Source of the DNA: Candidatus Poribacteria bacterium
GTDB lineage: Bacteria; Poribacteria; WGA-4E; WGA-3G
Length of the DNA stretch: 64,000 bases
Direction of reading: 5' to 3'
Assembly (NCBI GenBank): GCA_965198235.1
Contig: OZ240248.1
Span: forward strand, 928,001-992,000
Under the pieces are notes generated by a model. That model saw nothing but the letters and a program-made list of their open reading frames with translations, did no database searches and was not told the DNA's origin. The translations under genes were made by a program, and so were the position numbers. Positions 9,843 through 20,153 of this stretch are shown here, one piece after another (position 1 is the first letter of the stretch; every line of letters starts with the position of its first letter).

Positions 9843-10397
9843 ATGGAAAAAACATCTGCCTCCATTCCAATTTACACCATAGGCTACGGAAGCCGTTCCA
9901 TTGAGGAATTCATCAAAGTGCTACACCGGCATGAGATCGCTTACCTCATCGATGTCCGCTCCGCTCCCTACTCACGCTATAAGCCGGAATTCTCCAAAGC
10001 ACTACTCGCGAATGAACTCGAACAGCACAGCATCCGCTACGTGTTCATGGGAGACACGCTCGGTGGTAGGCCCGATGATGAAACGTGTTACGTCAACGGG
10101 AAACTTGATTACGAAAAGGTCAAGGAGAGGGAATACTACCAACGCGGTATTGAACGCCTGCATACTGCCTTCTCGCAACAACAATCTGTTGTTTTAATGT
10201 GTAGCGAGGGAAAGCCAGAGGAGTGTCACCGATGCAAACTCATCGGCGCAACCCTCACAACGCAGGACATACCGATCATTCATATCGACGAAAATGAAGA
10301 GCAAGTGACACAGGATAAAGTCGTTGAACGTCTGACAGGCGGGCAATTGTCGATGTTTGGCGAAGAGACGTTTCATTCTCGGAAAAAATATACTTAA
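9843..10397 (+). CDS. DUF488 family protein
   Basis: IYTIGY, LIDVRSAPYS, LGGRP, LMCSEGKPEECHR. Confidence 0.88.
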   Translation: MEKTSASIPIYTIGYGSRSIEEFIKVLHRHEIAYLIDVRSAPYSRYKPEFSKALLANELEQHSIRYVFMGDTLGGRPDDETCYVNGKLDYEKVKEREYYQRGIERLHTAFSQQQSVVLMCSEGKPEECHRCKLIGATLTTQDIPIIHIDENEEQVTQDKVVERLTGGQLSMFGEETFHSRKKYT

Positions 10398-10408
10398 TCC
10401 TACCCACT

Positions 10409-10897
10409 ATGAAAATCAAAATTGTCACCATCGGCGTATACGGCTTTGACGAATCCAGTTTTTTTGACGCACTATGCAAAGCAGAGGTCGATACGTTCTG
10501 CGATATTCGTAGTCGGCGCGGCCTCCGTGGCGCAACTTACGCATTTGCCAACAGTGTACGATTGCAAACACGTCTTGCTGAACTCGACATCCGATATATT
10601 TACCGAAAAGACCTCGGTCCAACAAAAACCGTCCGAGACAAACAGGCAGCGGCAGATAAAGCAAGCAAAACTGCTAAGCGCAAACGCACCGCATTAGGAG
10701 AAGCTTTTATTCATGCCTATCACACCGAATGCCTCGTCGAGTTTGAACCCCAAAGCCTATTAGACGAACTGGAACCGGATACCAAAGTTGTTGCCCTCTT
10801 TTGTGTAGAAACAGCACCGGAGGCATGTCACCGCTCACTGGTAGCAGATAAATTAGCGAAAACTTTCAATCTGGAGGTCGAAGATATCTTACCGTGA
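10409..10897 (+). CDS. DUF488 family protein (second paralog)
   Basis: IVTIG, CDIR, LFCVETAPEACHRS. Confidence 0.85.
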   Translation: MKIKIVTIGVYGFDESSFFDALCKAEVDTFCDIRSRRGLRGATYAFANSVRLQTRLAELDIRYIYRKDLGPTKTVRDKQAAADKASKTAKRKRTALGEAFIHAYHTECLVEFEPQSLLDELEPDTKVVALFCVETAPEACHRSLVADKLAKTFNLEVEDILP

Positions 10898-13671
10898 GAG
10901 TACTCATTGTTGCAAAAACCCGAATGGGCAGCGGCGCGTGTATCGGCGCGATTACAGAAAAAGGAGAAAGTGTTCGGCTCATTCCGTTCAATGCTGATCC
11001 ACATGACGGCGCGAATCGAGAATATGAGGTCGGTGATATTTGGGAGATTACTGGTGAGCCTGAAACTTCGTTGATTCCACCGCATAACGAAAACTTTGTC
11101 GTCCATAAAAAATCGCGCCTTCGCGCCACGAAAAACATGAAAGATTTGGTGAGTGCTATTGAACTCTTGATGCCGCCAAAAACTGGGCATCCACGAGTAC
11201 TCTACGAAGGTCTATTGAAAACCACGGGCAGTGGTTCACTCTACGTCCCTACAGAAGGCGATGTACCACCCTACAGTACGACATTTTGGCGAACAGATCA
11301 GCCACTTACCCGCGACACAGAGGCGAAGCGGATACGGTACCGCTATCCTAAAGAAAATGAGGGATGCACGCTCACGTTCGTTGGTTTTCAAGAACCGCTT
11401 GAGACGATTCCCGCCGGTACACTTCTGCGCGTGTCGTTGGCACATCGGTGGCGCCCCAAGGATCAGCCCGATGCTGAGGAACGGCATTACGTCCAGATTT
11501 CCGGATGGTTTCTTGAAGATGTGCAATCAGATGAACCGGCACTCGCGGGTCAAGCAGAACTGCTTCCGCCCTCAACGCTAACACAAATCCCTTTGGACAT
11601 CCTCAAAAACGTTTTCGGACATGAGCAGTTTCGACTATTTCAAAAGGACATCATCGGCCACGTCCTCAAAAGACAGGACGCTCTGATTGTTCTACCAACG
11701 GGGGGTGGAAAGTCGCTTTGTTACCAATTGCCCGCGCTCATCTTTGACGGCGTGACCGTCGTTGTTTCCCCTCTAATTTCGCTCATGCAGGACCAGGTGA
11801 TGCAGATGCAAAATCGAGGTATCCGTGCCGCTTTTCTCAACCATACCGTCAGAGATGTAGAATACGTCGCCACGATGCAAAAGGTCAGACAGAATGAAAT
11901 CAAGTTGCTTTATCTGGCTCCTGAAACGCTCGTGCGTCCTGAAATACTCGTCATGCTTGATGAAGCAAATGTCGCTTGTCTTGCAATTGATGAAGCACAC
12001 TGCATCTCGGAGTGGGGTCACGATTTTCGTCCGGAATATCGACAACTGGTTTCTATTCGCGAGCGATTCCAAAACGCTGTTTGCGTCGCTCTAACAGCCA
12101 CTGCTACGCCACGGGTTCAAAATGATATAAAAAAATCACTCAAGTTTGGTAACGAAAATCAGTTCATTGGTAGCTTTGACAGAGAGAACCTCTTCATCGC
12201 CGTTGAGCCAAAAGTCGAATTATTTGAGCAGACATTCGCATTTCTGAATACGCACCGTGAGGAGTCCGGCATTATCTATTGTCAGACGAAGAAACAGGTT
12301 GAATCCCTATGCCGTAATTTAACTGCTCGGAGAATTTCAGCACTCCCTTATCACGCAGATTTGGATAGCGAAACCCGAAAACAGAATCAGGACCGTTTCA
12401 TCAAGGGTGATATCCGGGTGATAGTCGCCACAATCGCCTTTGGTATGGGAATCGATAAGACGGATGTGCGTTTTGTTCTACATGCAGGCTTGCCAAAAGA
12501 GCCTGAATCCTATTATCAGGAGATCGGTCGTAGTGGACGCGATGGTCTTCCAGCAGACTGCCTCTTGCTGTTCAGTTACGGAGATGTGGACACTTCAAAC
12601 CATTTCATTGAACAAGGTGCGCCATCCGAAAGACAAGGACGGCAGGAACGATTAAATACACTTATCTCATGGGCAACCTCACTGGCGTGCCGCCGGAAAG
12701 AGCTGTTAGCCTATTTTGGGGAGCAATACGAAAATGAAAATTGTGGGATGTGTGACAACTGCCGCAATTCAGAAAGAGAACGGATAGACTTGACGACACC
12801 GGCACAAAAATTTCTCTCCTGTGTTGTCCGGACAAAGGAAATGTTCGGGGAAGCGTACATCATTGACGTATTACGGGAGTCAAAACGGAAAAAGATTCTG
12901 GAGAACGGACACGACAAACTTTCCACTTATGGTATCGGCATGGAATACAGCAAGACACAGTGGCGATATTTGTCCCATCAATTCCTCCAACACCAACTGC
13001 TTGAGCGAGATGCCCGGCACGGTAGTCTTCGTGTAACAGAAAAGGGGTGGGGTGTGATCAACAGAGGCGATCAGTTTTGCGGATTACCGGTGGACTCGGT
13101 AGACCGCGCCACATCCGAAGTGTCACCTGAATACGCTCTTGAACTCTTTGAATTACTTCGGGCTGAACGAGACAGAATTGCTGAAGCGGAGGGTGTACTG
13201 CCTTATGAGGTTTTCCACGATAAAGCACTGCAAGCGATGGCGACCTATTTTCCGACATCCGAGGAATCGTTTAGACTGACATCTGGCGTAGGACCTATGC
13301 GATCTGAAAAGTACATCAATATTTTTTTGCCAATTATCCGTGAATACTTCAAGAAGCATGGAATAGGTTCAGCAAAAAGCGCGACCGAAGGAGCGAACAC
13401 TCATGAACCGGTATCTGAAGAGCCAAATGAATATGCTCCGGAACTCTTTGAGCGACTTCGAGACAAGCGCAAAACAATTGCCGATGAGGAAGGAGTCCCG
13501 ACGTTTTTTGTCTTTACCGATAAAACGTTGCGAGAGATAGCAATCCATTTTCCGAAAACCGAAGAAGAATTTCTACAGATTCACGGCATTGGCCCCGCGA
13601 AAATGGATAAATACGCCGATATCTTTTTGCCGATTATCCGTGATTATTGCAAAGAACACGGTATTAGTTGA
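10894..13671 (+). CDS. recQ: RecQ DNA helicase with N-terminal dual-OB-like domain and two HRDC domains
   Basis: PTGGGKSLCYQ, DEAHC.S.WGHDFRPEY, TATA, ATIAFGMGIDK, QE.GR.GRDG, Zn-binding CRR..CGMCDNC, duplicated HRDC. About 210-aa N-terminal extension (IVAKTRM...CIGA...RLIP). Start overlaps the upstream stop (GTGA). Confidence 0.9.
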   Translation: MRVLIVAKTRMGSGACIGAITEKGESVRLIPFNADPHDGANREYEVGDIWEITGEPETSLIPPHNENFVVHKKSRLRATKNMKDLVSAIELLMPPKTGHPRVLYEGLLKTTGSGSLYVPTEGDVPPYSTTFWRTDQPLTRDTEAKRIRYRYPKENEGCTLTFVGFQEPLETIPAGTLLRVSLAHRWRPKDQPDAEERHYVQISGWFLEDVQSDEPALAGQAELLPPSTLTQIPLDILKNVFGHEQFRLFQKDIIGHVLKRQDALIVLPTGGGKSLCYQLPALIFDGVTVVVSPLISLMQDQVMQMQNRGIRAAFLNHTVRDVEYVATMQKVRQNEIKLLYLAPETLVRPEILVMLDEANVACLAIDEAHCISEWGHDFRPEYRQLVSIRERFQNAVCVALTATATPRVQNDIKKSLKFGNENQFIGSFDRENLFIAVEPKVELFEQTFAFLNTHREESGIIYCQTKKQVESLCRNLTARRISALPYHADLDSETRKQNQDRFIKGDIRVIVATIAFGMGIDKTDVRFVLHAGLPKEPESYYQEIGRSGRDGLPADCLLLFSYGDVDTSNHFIEQGAPSERQGRQERLNTLISWATSLACRRKELLAYFGEQYENENCGMCDNCRNSERERIDLTTPAQKFLSCVVRTKEMFGEAYIIDVLRESKRKKILENGHDKLSTYGIGMEYSKTQWRYLSHQFLQHQLLERDARHGSLRVTEKGWGVINRGDQFCGLPVDSVDRATSEVSPEYALELFELLRAERDRIAEAEGVLPYEVFHDKALQAMATYFPTSEESFRLTSGVGPMRSEKYINIFLPIIREYFKKHGIGSAKSATEGANTHEPVSEEPNEYAPELFERLRDKRKTIADEEGVPTFFVFTDKTLREIAIHFPKTEEEFLQIHGIGPAKMDKYADIFLPIIRDYCKEHGIS

Positions 13672-13684
13672 AAACTTTCTTTTA

Positions 13685-15319
13685 CTACATCCGAGAAGTC
13701 TTTGGAACTCCTGAAGGCAGTTCTTGCATCACAGGAATGATGTAACTCCGAACCGTCAAACCGTCTATAGTTTCCGTTTCTACCCGTGGTTCTGGATTCT
13801 GTCGATGATCAAAGACAATGTAGTATCCCTCTATTATTCCCTCAGAGCTGAGATATGCTGCGAGCTGCTTTTTACCTGCCTGATAGCGACTGTCGCCTCT
13901 CCAAATTTTCGTTTCTACGATATATTTTTGCTGGTTATGGACGATAATGATGTCCATCCTGCCGCGGCCAGTTTGCACCTCAATGTGCATAACGGCACCG
14001 ATGAGTTTAACAAACTGGTCGAGATAGGCGAGAAGGAGGTGTCTGCCTACAGACTCCTGTGGCGTATCTGGCACTTGCAGAATTCTAAATCCTGCGCGGG
14101 CAATGAAATCTCGAAAGTTGTTAAGTAACAACTCCATATCAATGCGTCCAGTCAGCGTAATATAATTGAGAAAGTCTTCACTACTCCCGCTGGGAAGGTA
14201 CTCATGCTCCAGTCCATTGACTATCGGTTTAAAGGTTCTCATGATACGGTAAAGATAAATCGGGTTGAGAATTTCACACATACCGTCAGAGGCTTTTTTG
14301 ATTACACCATACATAGCAAGTTCACTGATAATGTCATCGTCCATATTGAAGTCTACGCCTTCATCTCGCGCCATAATCCGCATCAGCACACTTTCAAAGC
14401 GAGGATTTCTGCGGACATTAGTTGTTAGGTGCTCAATGTTGGTGTTCCGTTCGTGTAGCATCTGTGAGTGTGCTTTTGAAAAGTGCGCCATGGTAATCGG
14501 CTCGGTTTTCGGAATGTCCAATTCCTCGGTAAGAATCTGCGCGAATCGGTTGACAAGGACGGGTTGCCCGGCAGTCTGCTTATGGATAGATACTGTAACT
14601 TCTGGGACAAAGACTTGTCCAACTTCGTCCGTATATTGCTCTAACAGTTCCTGTACCTGTTCAAGGGTAAAGTTGGGTAGATGAAATTCATCTTGGATAT
14701 TGAAGGGCGAAATTGAGCGATCATAGTTGAGTTGCGCAATACTCTTAACCCCGATGATACCGACGCTGTGAGGACATCGAGGTTTACCGGAAATATAGAT
14801 GTGACGGAGCGTATGAAGAAAATCGCTCAGGGCAGCCTGCGGGATGCCATCAAATTCGTCAATGATTAAGACGAATTTCTGGGGCGTTAGCAAACGCGCG
14901 AAGTGTCTAAAAAACCTTCTCATTGCGTGAGGGTCCGTTAGTTTTGTGTCCTCCAAAAATTGGACTAAAACCTCAGACGGTGTACCGCCGCGTCTCCGGA
15001 ACAAGTTCTCAATTTCTTCGCAAATATCTTGGTAAAGGTTGGCATAAAAATCAGGAACAGCAGTGTTCTTATACACATCAAAATTCAGTGGAATCGGGAA
15101 ATAGGCTGCCGATGAAGCGGCTGCTGCATGGTCAAAATCTGCGACGAGCACGTCCAGGGCGCGTCGAAAGAAGGTAGTTTTGCCCGTTTGGCGCGGCGCG
15201 AAGATAACAACATAGCGTCCCTCTTCAACGCGTCTGATGAAATCAGCGATCTCCTCGGTCCGCGAAACAACGTAGTGTTCTTGAGGATTGACGGGACCTT
15301 GCGTTCCAAACCGTCTCAT
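13685..15319 (-). CDS. AAA-like ATPase with C-terminal PD-(D/E)XK nuclease domain
   Basis: APRQTGKTT Walker A, IIDEFD Walker B, SPFNI; C-terminal GRMDII...IVETK...QLAAY. Confidence 0.85.
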   Translation of the reverse strand: MRRFGTQGPVNPQEHYVVSRTEEIADFIRRVEEGRYVVIFAPRQTGKTTFFRRALDVLVADFDHAAAASSAAYFPIPLNFDVYKNTAVPDFYANLYQDICEEIENLFRRRGGTPSEVLVQFLEDTKLTDPHAMRRFFRHFARLLTPQKFVLIIDEFDGIPQAALSDFLHTLRHIYISGKPRCPHSVGIIGVKSIAQLNYDRSISPFNIQDEFHLPNFTLEQVQELLEQYTDEVGQVFVPEVTVSIHKQTAGQPVLVNRFAQILTEELDIPKTEPITMAHFSKAHSQMLHERNTNIEHLTTNVRRNPRFESVLMRIMARDEGVDFNMDDDIISELAMYGVIKKASDGMCEILNPIYLYRIMRTFKPIVNGLEHEYLPSGSSEDFLNYITLTGRIDMELLLNNFRDFIARAGFRILQVPDTPQESVGRHLLLAYLDQFVKLIGAVMHIEVQTGRGRMDIIIVHNQQKYIVETKIWRGDSRYQAGKKQLAAYLSSEGIIEGYYIVFDHRQNPEPRVETETIDGLTVRSYIIPVMQELPSGVPKTSRM

Positions 15320-15446
15320 TTTCCGTTCCCTTCTGCCAAATGTTTCAATGGGATATTGTATTACATCCGGTTGATGAAATCAACAGTGAATTCAGTTTTA
15401 TAGGCGTACTCAGTTTCCAGTATGTCGATTCAGTAACCGCAATTCG

Positions 15447-16367
15447 TTACATATCAGTAATTTTTCCCAAAATGTAGGAAATAATACCCGGGACCGACTC
15501 CCGATCCAGCCACTCAATCCGTGTATCTTTGCGGAACCAGGTCAACTGTCGCTTGGCGAACCGACGGGTGTTTTGTTTCAGTTGCGAGATCGCTTCTATA
15601 TACGTGCAGTCCCCGTCCAAATACGCTATCAACTCCCGATAGCCGAAACTTTGGAGCGCGACTGTCCCACGCGCATAGCCCGCCGCTAATAGCGATTTGA
15701 CTTCTGCTATCAACCCGTTCGCAAGCATCACGTCTACACGCTGTTCGATACCACGGTAAAGTAGCGCACGCGGCATCGTGAGTCCGAAGGCGATGAACGG
15801 ATATCGCTGTTTTTCCGGATGCCACTGCTGTTGGAACTCGGACATGGGGGTGCCTGTTAATTCATAGACTTCTAAAGCACGGATGACGCGGACGATATTG
15901 TTGGGGTGGATCCGGTCGGCAGATCCTGGATCGCAGGTTTGGAGTCGCTTGTGGAGCGCACTAACACCGAACTGTGTCGCTTCCTCTTCAAGTCGCTTTC
16001 GGAGCGACGGATCCGCTCCCGGTCCCTCAAATAAGCCATCGACAACCGCTCGAAAGTAGAGGCCCGCACCGCCAACAAGCAACACCCGCTTACCCCTGTT
16101 TTGGATGTCGGCAATCGCTATGTCGGCGAGAGATTGATAGTCGGCAACGGAGAAAGGTTGAGAAATGTCCACGCAGTCTATGAGGTGATGCCGTGCCGCT
16201 TGCTGTTCTTCAGGGGTGGGTTTGGCGGTGCCGATGTCCATCTGTCGATAGATTTGTCGAGAATCGACGGAGACGATTTCGGCATTGAGGCGTTGGGCAA
16301 GTTGAATCGCTATCTCTGTTTTACCGACCGCTGTGGGACCGAGGAGGCAGAGGAGTTTTGATTTCAT
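15447..16367 (-). CDS. miaA: tRNA dimethylallyltransferase
   Basis: GPTAVGKT, DSRQIY..MDIGTAKP, RALEV, TRRFAKRQLTWFR. Confidence 0.97.
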   Translation of the reverse strand: MKSKLLCLLGPTAVGKTEIAIQLAQRLNAEIVSVDSRQIYRQMDIGTAKPTPEEQQAARHHLIDCVDISQPFSVADYQSLADIAIADIQNRGKRVLLVGGAGLYFRAVVDGLFEGPGADPSLRKRLEEEATQFGVSALHKRLQTCDPGSADRIHPNNIVRVIRALEVYELTGTPMSEFQQQWHPEKQRYPFIAFGLTMPRALLYRGIEQRVDVMLANGLIAEVKSLLAAGYARGTVALQSFGYRELIAYLDGDCTYIEAISQLKQNTRRFAKRQLTWFRKDTRIEWLDRESVPGIISYILGKITDM

Positions 16368-16375
16368 TTTGGGTT

Positions 16376-17500
16376 TTACGAGGGAAGATCGGGATTACAA
16401 ATCCCTCCCACAGTGGTATCACGAGCGTCCACAATCCAACCGCCGCCGAGGACGTATTCCCCATCGTAAAAGACAGTGGCTTGTCCGGGTGTAATGGCAC
16501 GGCGTGGTTCGTCAAACTTCACGACTGCTTCTGTGTCGCTGATAGGCGTGATTGTCGCGGGACCGCCATCGTCACGGGATCGGATTTTGACGTGCGCACG
16601 GATCGGCTCCGTCAACTTCTCAATGGCAATGAGGTTGATGCGTTCAACGTGCATCGTACCCTCTAAGAGCGCATCGGATTCGCCAACGACGACGGTATTC
16701 TCGGATGCGTTGAGCTCGGTCACATAGAGGGGTTTCCCGACTGCGATACCTAAGCCGCGCCGTTGCCCAACGGTATAAAACGGCACACCCTCATGCTTAC
16801 CGAGGACATTGCCTTCTTCGTCAATAATATCGCCACCCTGAATCTTCTCAGGAACCCTGTCCTGGAGGAAGCGTCTATAGTTGGTGTCGGCAACGAAGCA
16901 GAGTTCTTGGCTCTCAATTTTTTCAGCGGTTCGCAACTGATATTTTCGGGCGAGGTCCCGGACCTCGGCTTTCGTGTATTCACCAAGGGGCATCATCGCA
17001 CACCGTAATTGTTCCTGTGTGAGCGCGGCGAGGAAATAGGACTGGTCTTTGCTGACATCACGTGCTTTGCGTAAGAGATACCGTCCTGTCTCTGGGTGCT
17101 GTTCAATGCGGGCATAGTGCCCCGTGGCGATGGCATCGCACTCCAATGTTTTGGCGAGGTCGAGGAGCCTCCCAAATTTCAGTTCCCGGTTACATACCAT
17201 ACAGGGACTGGGGGTTCTGCCGACGAGGTATTCCTCCACGAAATAGTCGATAATCTGTTCGCGGAAAGCGTCCTCGTAATTCACGCCGTAGAAAGGGATG
17301 CCGAGTTGCGTGGCAACACGGCGTGCATCCTCAATGCCTTCAAGCGAACAGCAGTTGGGACGCTCCGGTTCCACCTCGATGGTATCGGGCGCGCCGAGGC
17401 GCATTGTGATACCGGTAACATCATAGCCTGCGTCCACCATCATGGCAGCAGTGACGGAACTGTCTACGCCTCCGCTCATTGCGACGAGAATCTTTTCCAT
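16376..17500 (-). CDS. mnmA: tRNA 2-thiouridylase
   Basis: AMSGGVDSSV, TPSPC..CN, ATGHYA, KDQSYFL, ESQELCF, YTVGQRRGL, TPGQ. Confidence 0.97.
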   Translation of the reverse strand: MEKILVAMSGGVDSSVTAAMMVDAGYDVTGITMRLGAPDTIEVEPERPNCCSLEGIEDARRVATQLGIPFYGVNYEDAFREQIIDYFVEEYLVGRTPSPCMVCNRELKFGRLLDLAKTLECDAIATGHYARIEQHPETGRYLLRKARDVSKDQSYFLAALTQEQLRCAMMPLGEYTKAEVRDLARKYQLRTAEKIESQELCFVADTNYRRFLQDRVPEKIQGGDIIDEEGNVLGKHEGVPFYTVGQRRGLGIAVGKPLYVTELNASENTVVVGESDALLEGTMHVERINLIAIEKLTEPIRAHVKIRSRDDGGPATITPISDTEAVVKFDEPRRAITPGQATVFYDGEYVLGGGWIVDARDTTVGGICNPDLPS

Positions 17501-17670
17501 GGGACTACCCAGTTAGGTTAGAAGTTTGGTGTAAAATACAGCACGCTTAAGCCAACGGTATATCTATCAATTCTACTATAATTATACCACATAATAGCGG
17601 ATTTGTCAGGAAAAATTCTGGGACTATGGGGTATCTATGGTAGATTTTAGAATTAATTGGACATTAGCAT

Positions 17671-17777
17671 TGGCGAGGTGTTTTTGATAGGGGTGTTTTT
17701 GCTTGGGGTTTTTGATAGGGTGTTTCTGCGGATTTCTGTGGATTTCTGCGTATTTCCTCAAGGAAACCTCGCCTACC
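17671..17777. repeat. REP-bounded modular repeat (GTGTTTTTGATAGGG / GTGTTTTTGCTTGGGG / TTTCTGCGGA modules)
   Basis: GGCGAGGT...ACCTCGCCTAC arms enclose modules whose reverse complements occur at 620-652, 3410-3433 and 62811-62828. Confidence 0.6.
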
Positions 17778-17812
17778 AATTCTAAGGAAAATCTCGCCAG
17801 CGGCTGGCTTGA

Positions 17813-18631
17813 TTAATCAGGTACGGCAAAGCGGTTAGGGGAGAGGAAGAGACGGGTCGCTTTTAGGAACCGGATTCCTTCATAGGCATCTCGTTTATGG
17901 AGGAGTTGGGCGTTATCGTAAATTAGCATGTCTCCCATGCGCCATTTGTGCTGATAGATGTGTTCAGGACGAAATTGATACGAAAGCAACTCGTCTTTAA
18001 GTGCTTTGCCTTCTACGGCTCCCAGTCCTTCAAAGCCGTGGGCACCGGGACTGACGTAGAGGGTTTTGACACCGGTCCCAGGATTTGTGAGGACAACAGG
18101 ATGTGTGACTTCGATATCCGGAACACCATGTTTCTTTCCCGGACTGTACAGCACCTTCATGTTATTAACACGGTCCTTGAGTGCAGGCGGCAGGGATTCG
18201 TACCCCATCCGAGTGCTACTGAAACTCGTACTCCCACCCGATTCCGGGGAAATCACGCAGAAAAGTGTAGACAGAGTAGCTGGATTTTGTCGATATGCTT
18301 GATCGGAATGCCACCCGCCATCCGTATTGTCAACAAAATTTCCTCTGATGAGTGTTCCGTCGAGACTATTGATATTGGCAAGGTAGATGACGGATTTGAA
18401 ACCCGGACTGTGGTTGTCTTTAGCAGCAGGAGGCTCTTCAACAGGTCCGAGTGCCTTACTGAGTCGATAGATGTCATCGTCGTGAAGGGATTGTCGGCGA
18501 AAGAGAAGGAGTGCGTGCTTTTGGACAGTCGATAAGACGGCTTCTGCCATATCTTCATCAATCTGCGTTAGGTCTACATTTAGGACTTCAGCACCGAAGT
18601 TTTCTGATAAGGGTCTGGTTTGAAAGTCCAT
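17813..18631 (-). CDS. TauD/TfdA family 2OG-Fe(II) dioxygenase
   Basis: GAEV, WHSD, THPVV, HKWRMGDMLIYDN..LH.R. Confidence 0.9.
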   Translation of the reverse strand: MDFQTRPLSENFGAEVLNVDLTQIDEDMAEAVLSTVQKHALLLFRRQSLHDDDIYRLSKALGPVEEPPAAKDNHSPGFKSVIYLANINSLDGTLIRGNFVDNTDGGWHSDQAYRQNPATLSTLFCVISPESGGSTSFSSTRMGYESLPPALKDRVNNMKVLYSPGKKHGVPDIEVTHPVVLTNPGTGVKTLYVSPGAHGFEGLGAVEGKALKDELLSYQFRPEHIYQHKWRMGDMLIYDNAQLLHKRDAYEGIRFLKATRLFLSPNRFAVPD

Positions 18632-18662
18632 CTACGTTTATATGTTTTCAGGTTGGACGATA

Positions 18663-18734
18663 GTTGGGTTTCACTTCGTTCAACCCAACCTACGATTTAC
18701 TGGGGAACCGGTGCGGTTAGGAAACCGCACCTAC
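18663..18734. repeat. Pair of GTAG-type REP hairpins
   Basis: GTTGGGTTTCACTTCGTTCAACCCAACCTAC and GGTGCGGTTAGGAAACCGCACCTAC. Related copies at about 7713-7822, 39000-39230, 42267-42368 and 50988-51016. Confidence 0.7.
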
Positions 18735-18757
18735 TTCGATTAGGACGGGATAAAGAA

Positions 18758-19924
18758 TCAGCCGATCTGCCAATCCTCTTTTCCGGCGTAGTGATCATCG
18801 TACACATCTTCATCAAGTCCCAGCCCAAGCCCGGGGGTATTCGGTACGGTGAACGTTCCACCGGTGAAGGCGTAGCCAGAGGTATCAATTACATCGCTCG
18901 TGAGAGTTGCGACTTCGCCGTAGAGGAAATGGGGAATCGTTTTGCCGAATTGAAGACTGAGGTAGAAGCCGAGCAGAGAACCCCAGTTATGGGGGGCACA
19001 TCGAACACCGTGTGCGGAAGCCATATCCGCGAGTCGTCGCCAGCCAGTAACGCCGAGTCCCTTCATATCGTGCTGGATGACATCAATAACACCCGCCTCA
19101 AAGAAGGGATCGTAGAATTCAAGTGGGTCGCGCGTTCGAGTCTCACCATCGGCAATGAAGGTTTCCAATCCCTTTTCTTGGATGAAGGCTTTGAGATTGC
19201 GGTACAATTCAACCTCTTCCTCAAACATCTCCTCTATCCAAAAGACATCACAGTTGCTCGTCTCATTCAAGAAGGTAATGACTTCATCGTAAGTGTAGGC
19301 GTTGTTTGCATCGACGAGAATATTGAAACCTTCGCCTGCGGTGCTACGGGCAAGTTGGACAAGCTCTATGTCCCGTTGCAGTCCCGCTCTGCGTTCCATG
19401 AGATGATTACCGCGCCCGATTTTCATTTTGCATGCGGTAAATCCGTTGGCGAGACTGCTTTTGACATCATTCTCGATTCGTTTAAGCCCTTCGGCTCTTG
19501 TCTCATACAGGAGATCGTTGAAATAGATGGTGCTGTCGTAAGCGGGCAATTCGTTTGAAAAAACATCGTCACCGATGAGTTGATAAGCTGGCTTCCCGAG
19601 GATTTTGCCGATTGTGTCCCAGAGGGCGTTTTCAAGCCCACGAAATTCCTCAACAACCCCGTCTTCAGGGTTTAAGAGGTCAAACGGGTTTTGGTTGAGC
19701 ACACCTTCTGCATTTTCAGCGGTTGTTGTTCCCCAACTGCCAGCCCCCCAACCAAGTGTACCATCGTTGGTATGGATGCGGATAATACGTTCGTTCCATT
19801 TCCCGTTCGGATCAGGCTGGTTAATCTCCGTTGCACCGGAGTTACAACCAATGGCAGGCTGATCTACTTCGACCGTAACCTGCTCAACTTTGGTAATTTT
19901 GATACCCGTTGGATAATTTCGCAT
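18758..19924 (-). CDS. Mandelate racemase/enolase superfamily enzyme
   Basis: KMKIG, LVDANN, WIEE, IADGE, APHNWG, PGLGL. Confidence 0.88.
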   Translation of the reverse strand: MRNYPTGIKITKVEQVTVEVDQPAIGCNSGATEINQPDPNGKWNERIIRIHTNDGTLGWGAGSWGTTTAENAEGVLNQNPFDLLNPEDGVVEEFRGLENALWDTIGKILGKPAYQLIGDDVFSNELPAYDSTIYFNDLLYETRAEGLKRIENDVKSSLANGFTACKMKIGRGNHLMERRAGLQRDIELVQLARSTAGEGFNILVDANNAYTYDEVITFLNETSNCDVFWIEEMFEEEVELYRNLKAFIQEKGLETFIADGETRTRDPLEFYDPFFEAGVIDVIQHDMKGLGVTGWRRLADMASAHGVRCAPHNWGSLLGFYLSLQFGKTIPHFLYGEVATLTSDVIDTSGYAFTGGTFTVPNTPGLGLGLDEDVYDDHYAGKEDWQIG

Positions 19925-20153
19925 ATTTCTAATTTTCCTTGCGGATGAGGCAAATGGGTTGGAGACTTTGAAGTGCCTTTCTTAGAACCGCTTTCCATTA
20001 CGTTCCAAGCTGCGCTTTGGTTTTCAATATTCCGACCCCGGCGCAGCAAAGCCTGAGCATCTCATCTGCTTATTTGCCAAGGGTGTCCGACAAGGAACGC
20101 ACACATTCATCATAAGTTTGGGGAACCGGAGCATCACCAATCTTTTCGTCTAT

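Noticed and set aside
18620-19558. 312-aa plus-strand ORF
   Set aside because: Antisense shadow of the enolase-family gene; its N-terminus is translated REP sequence.
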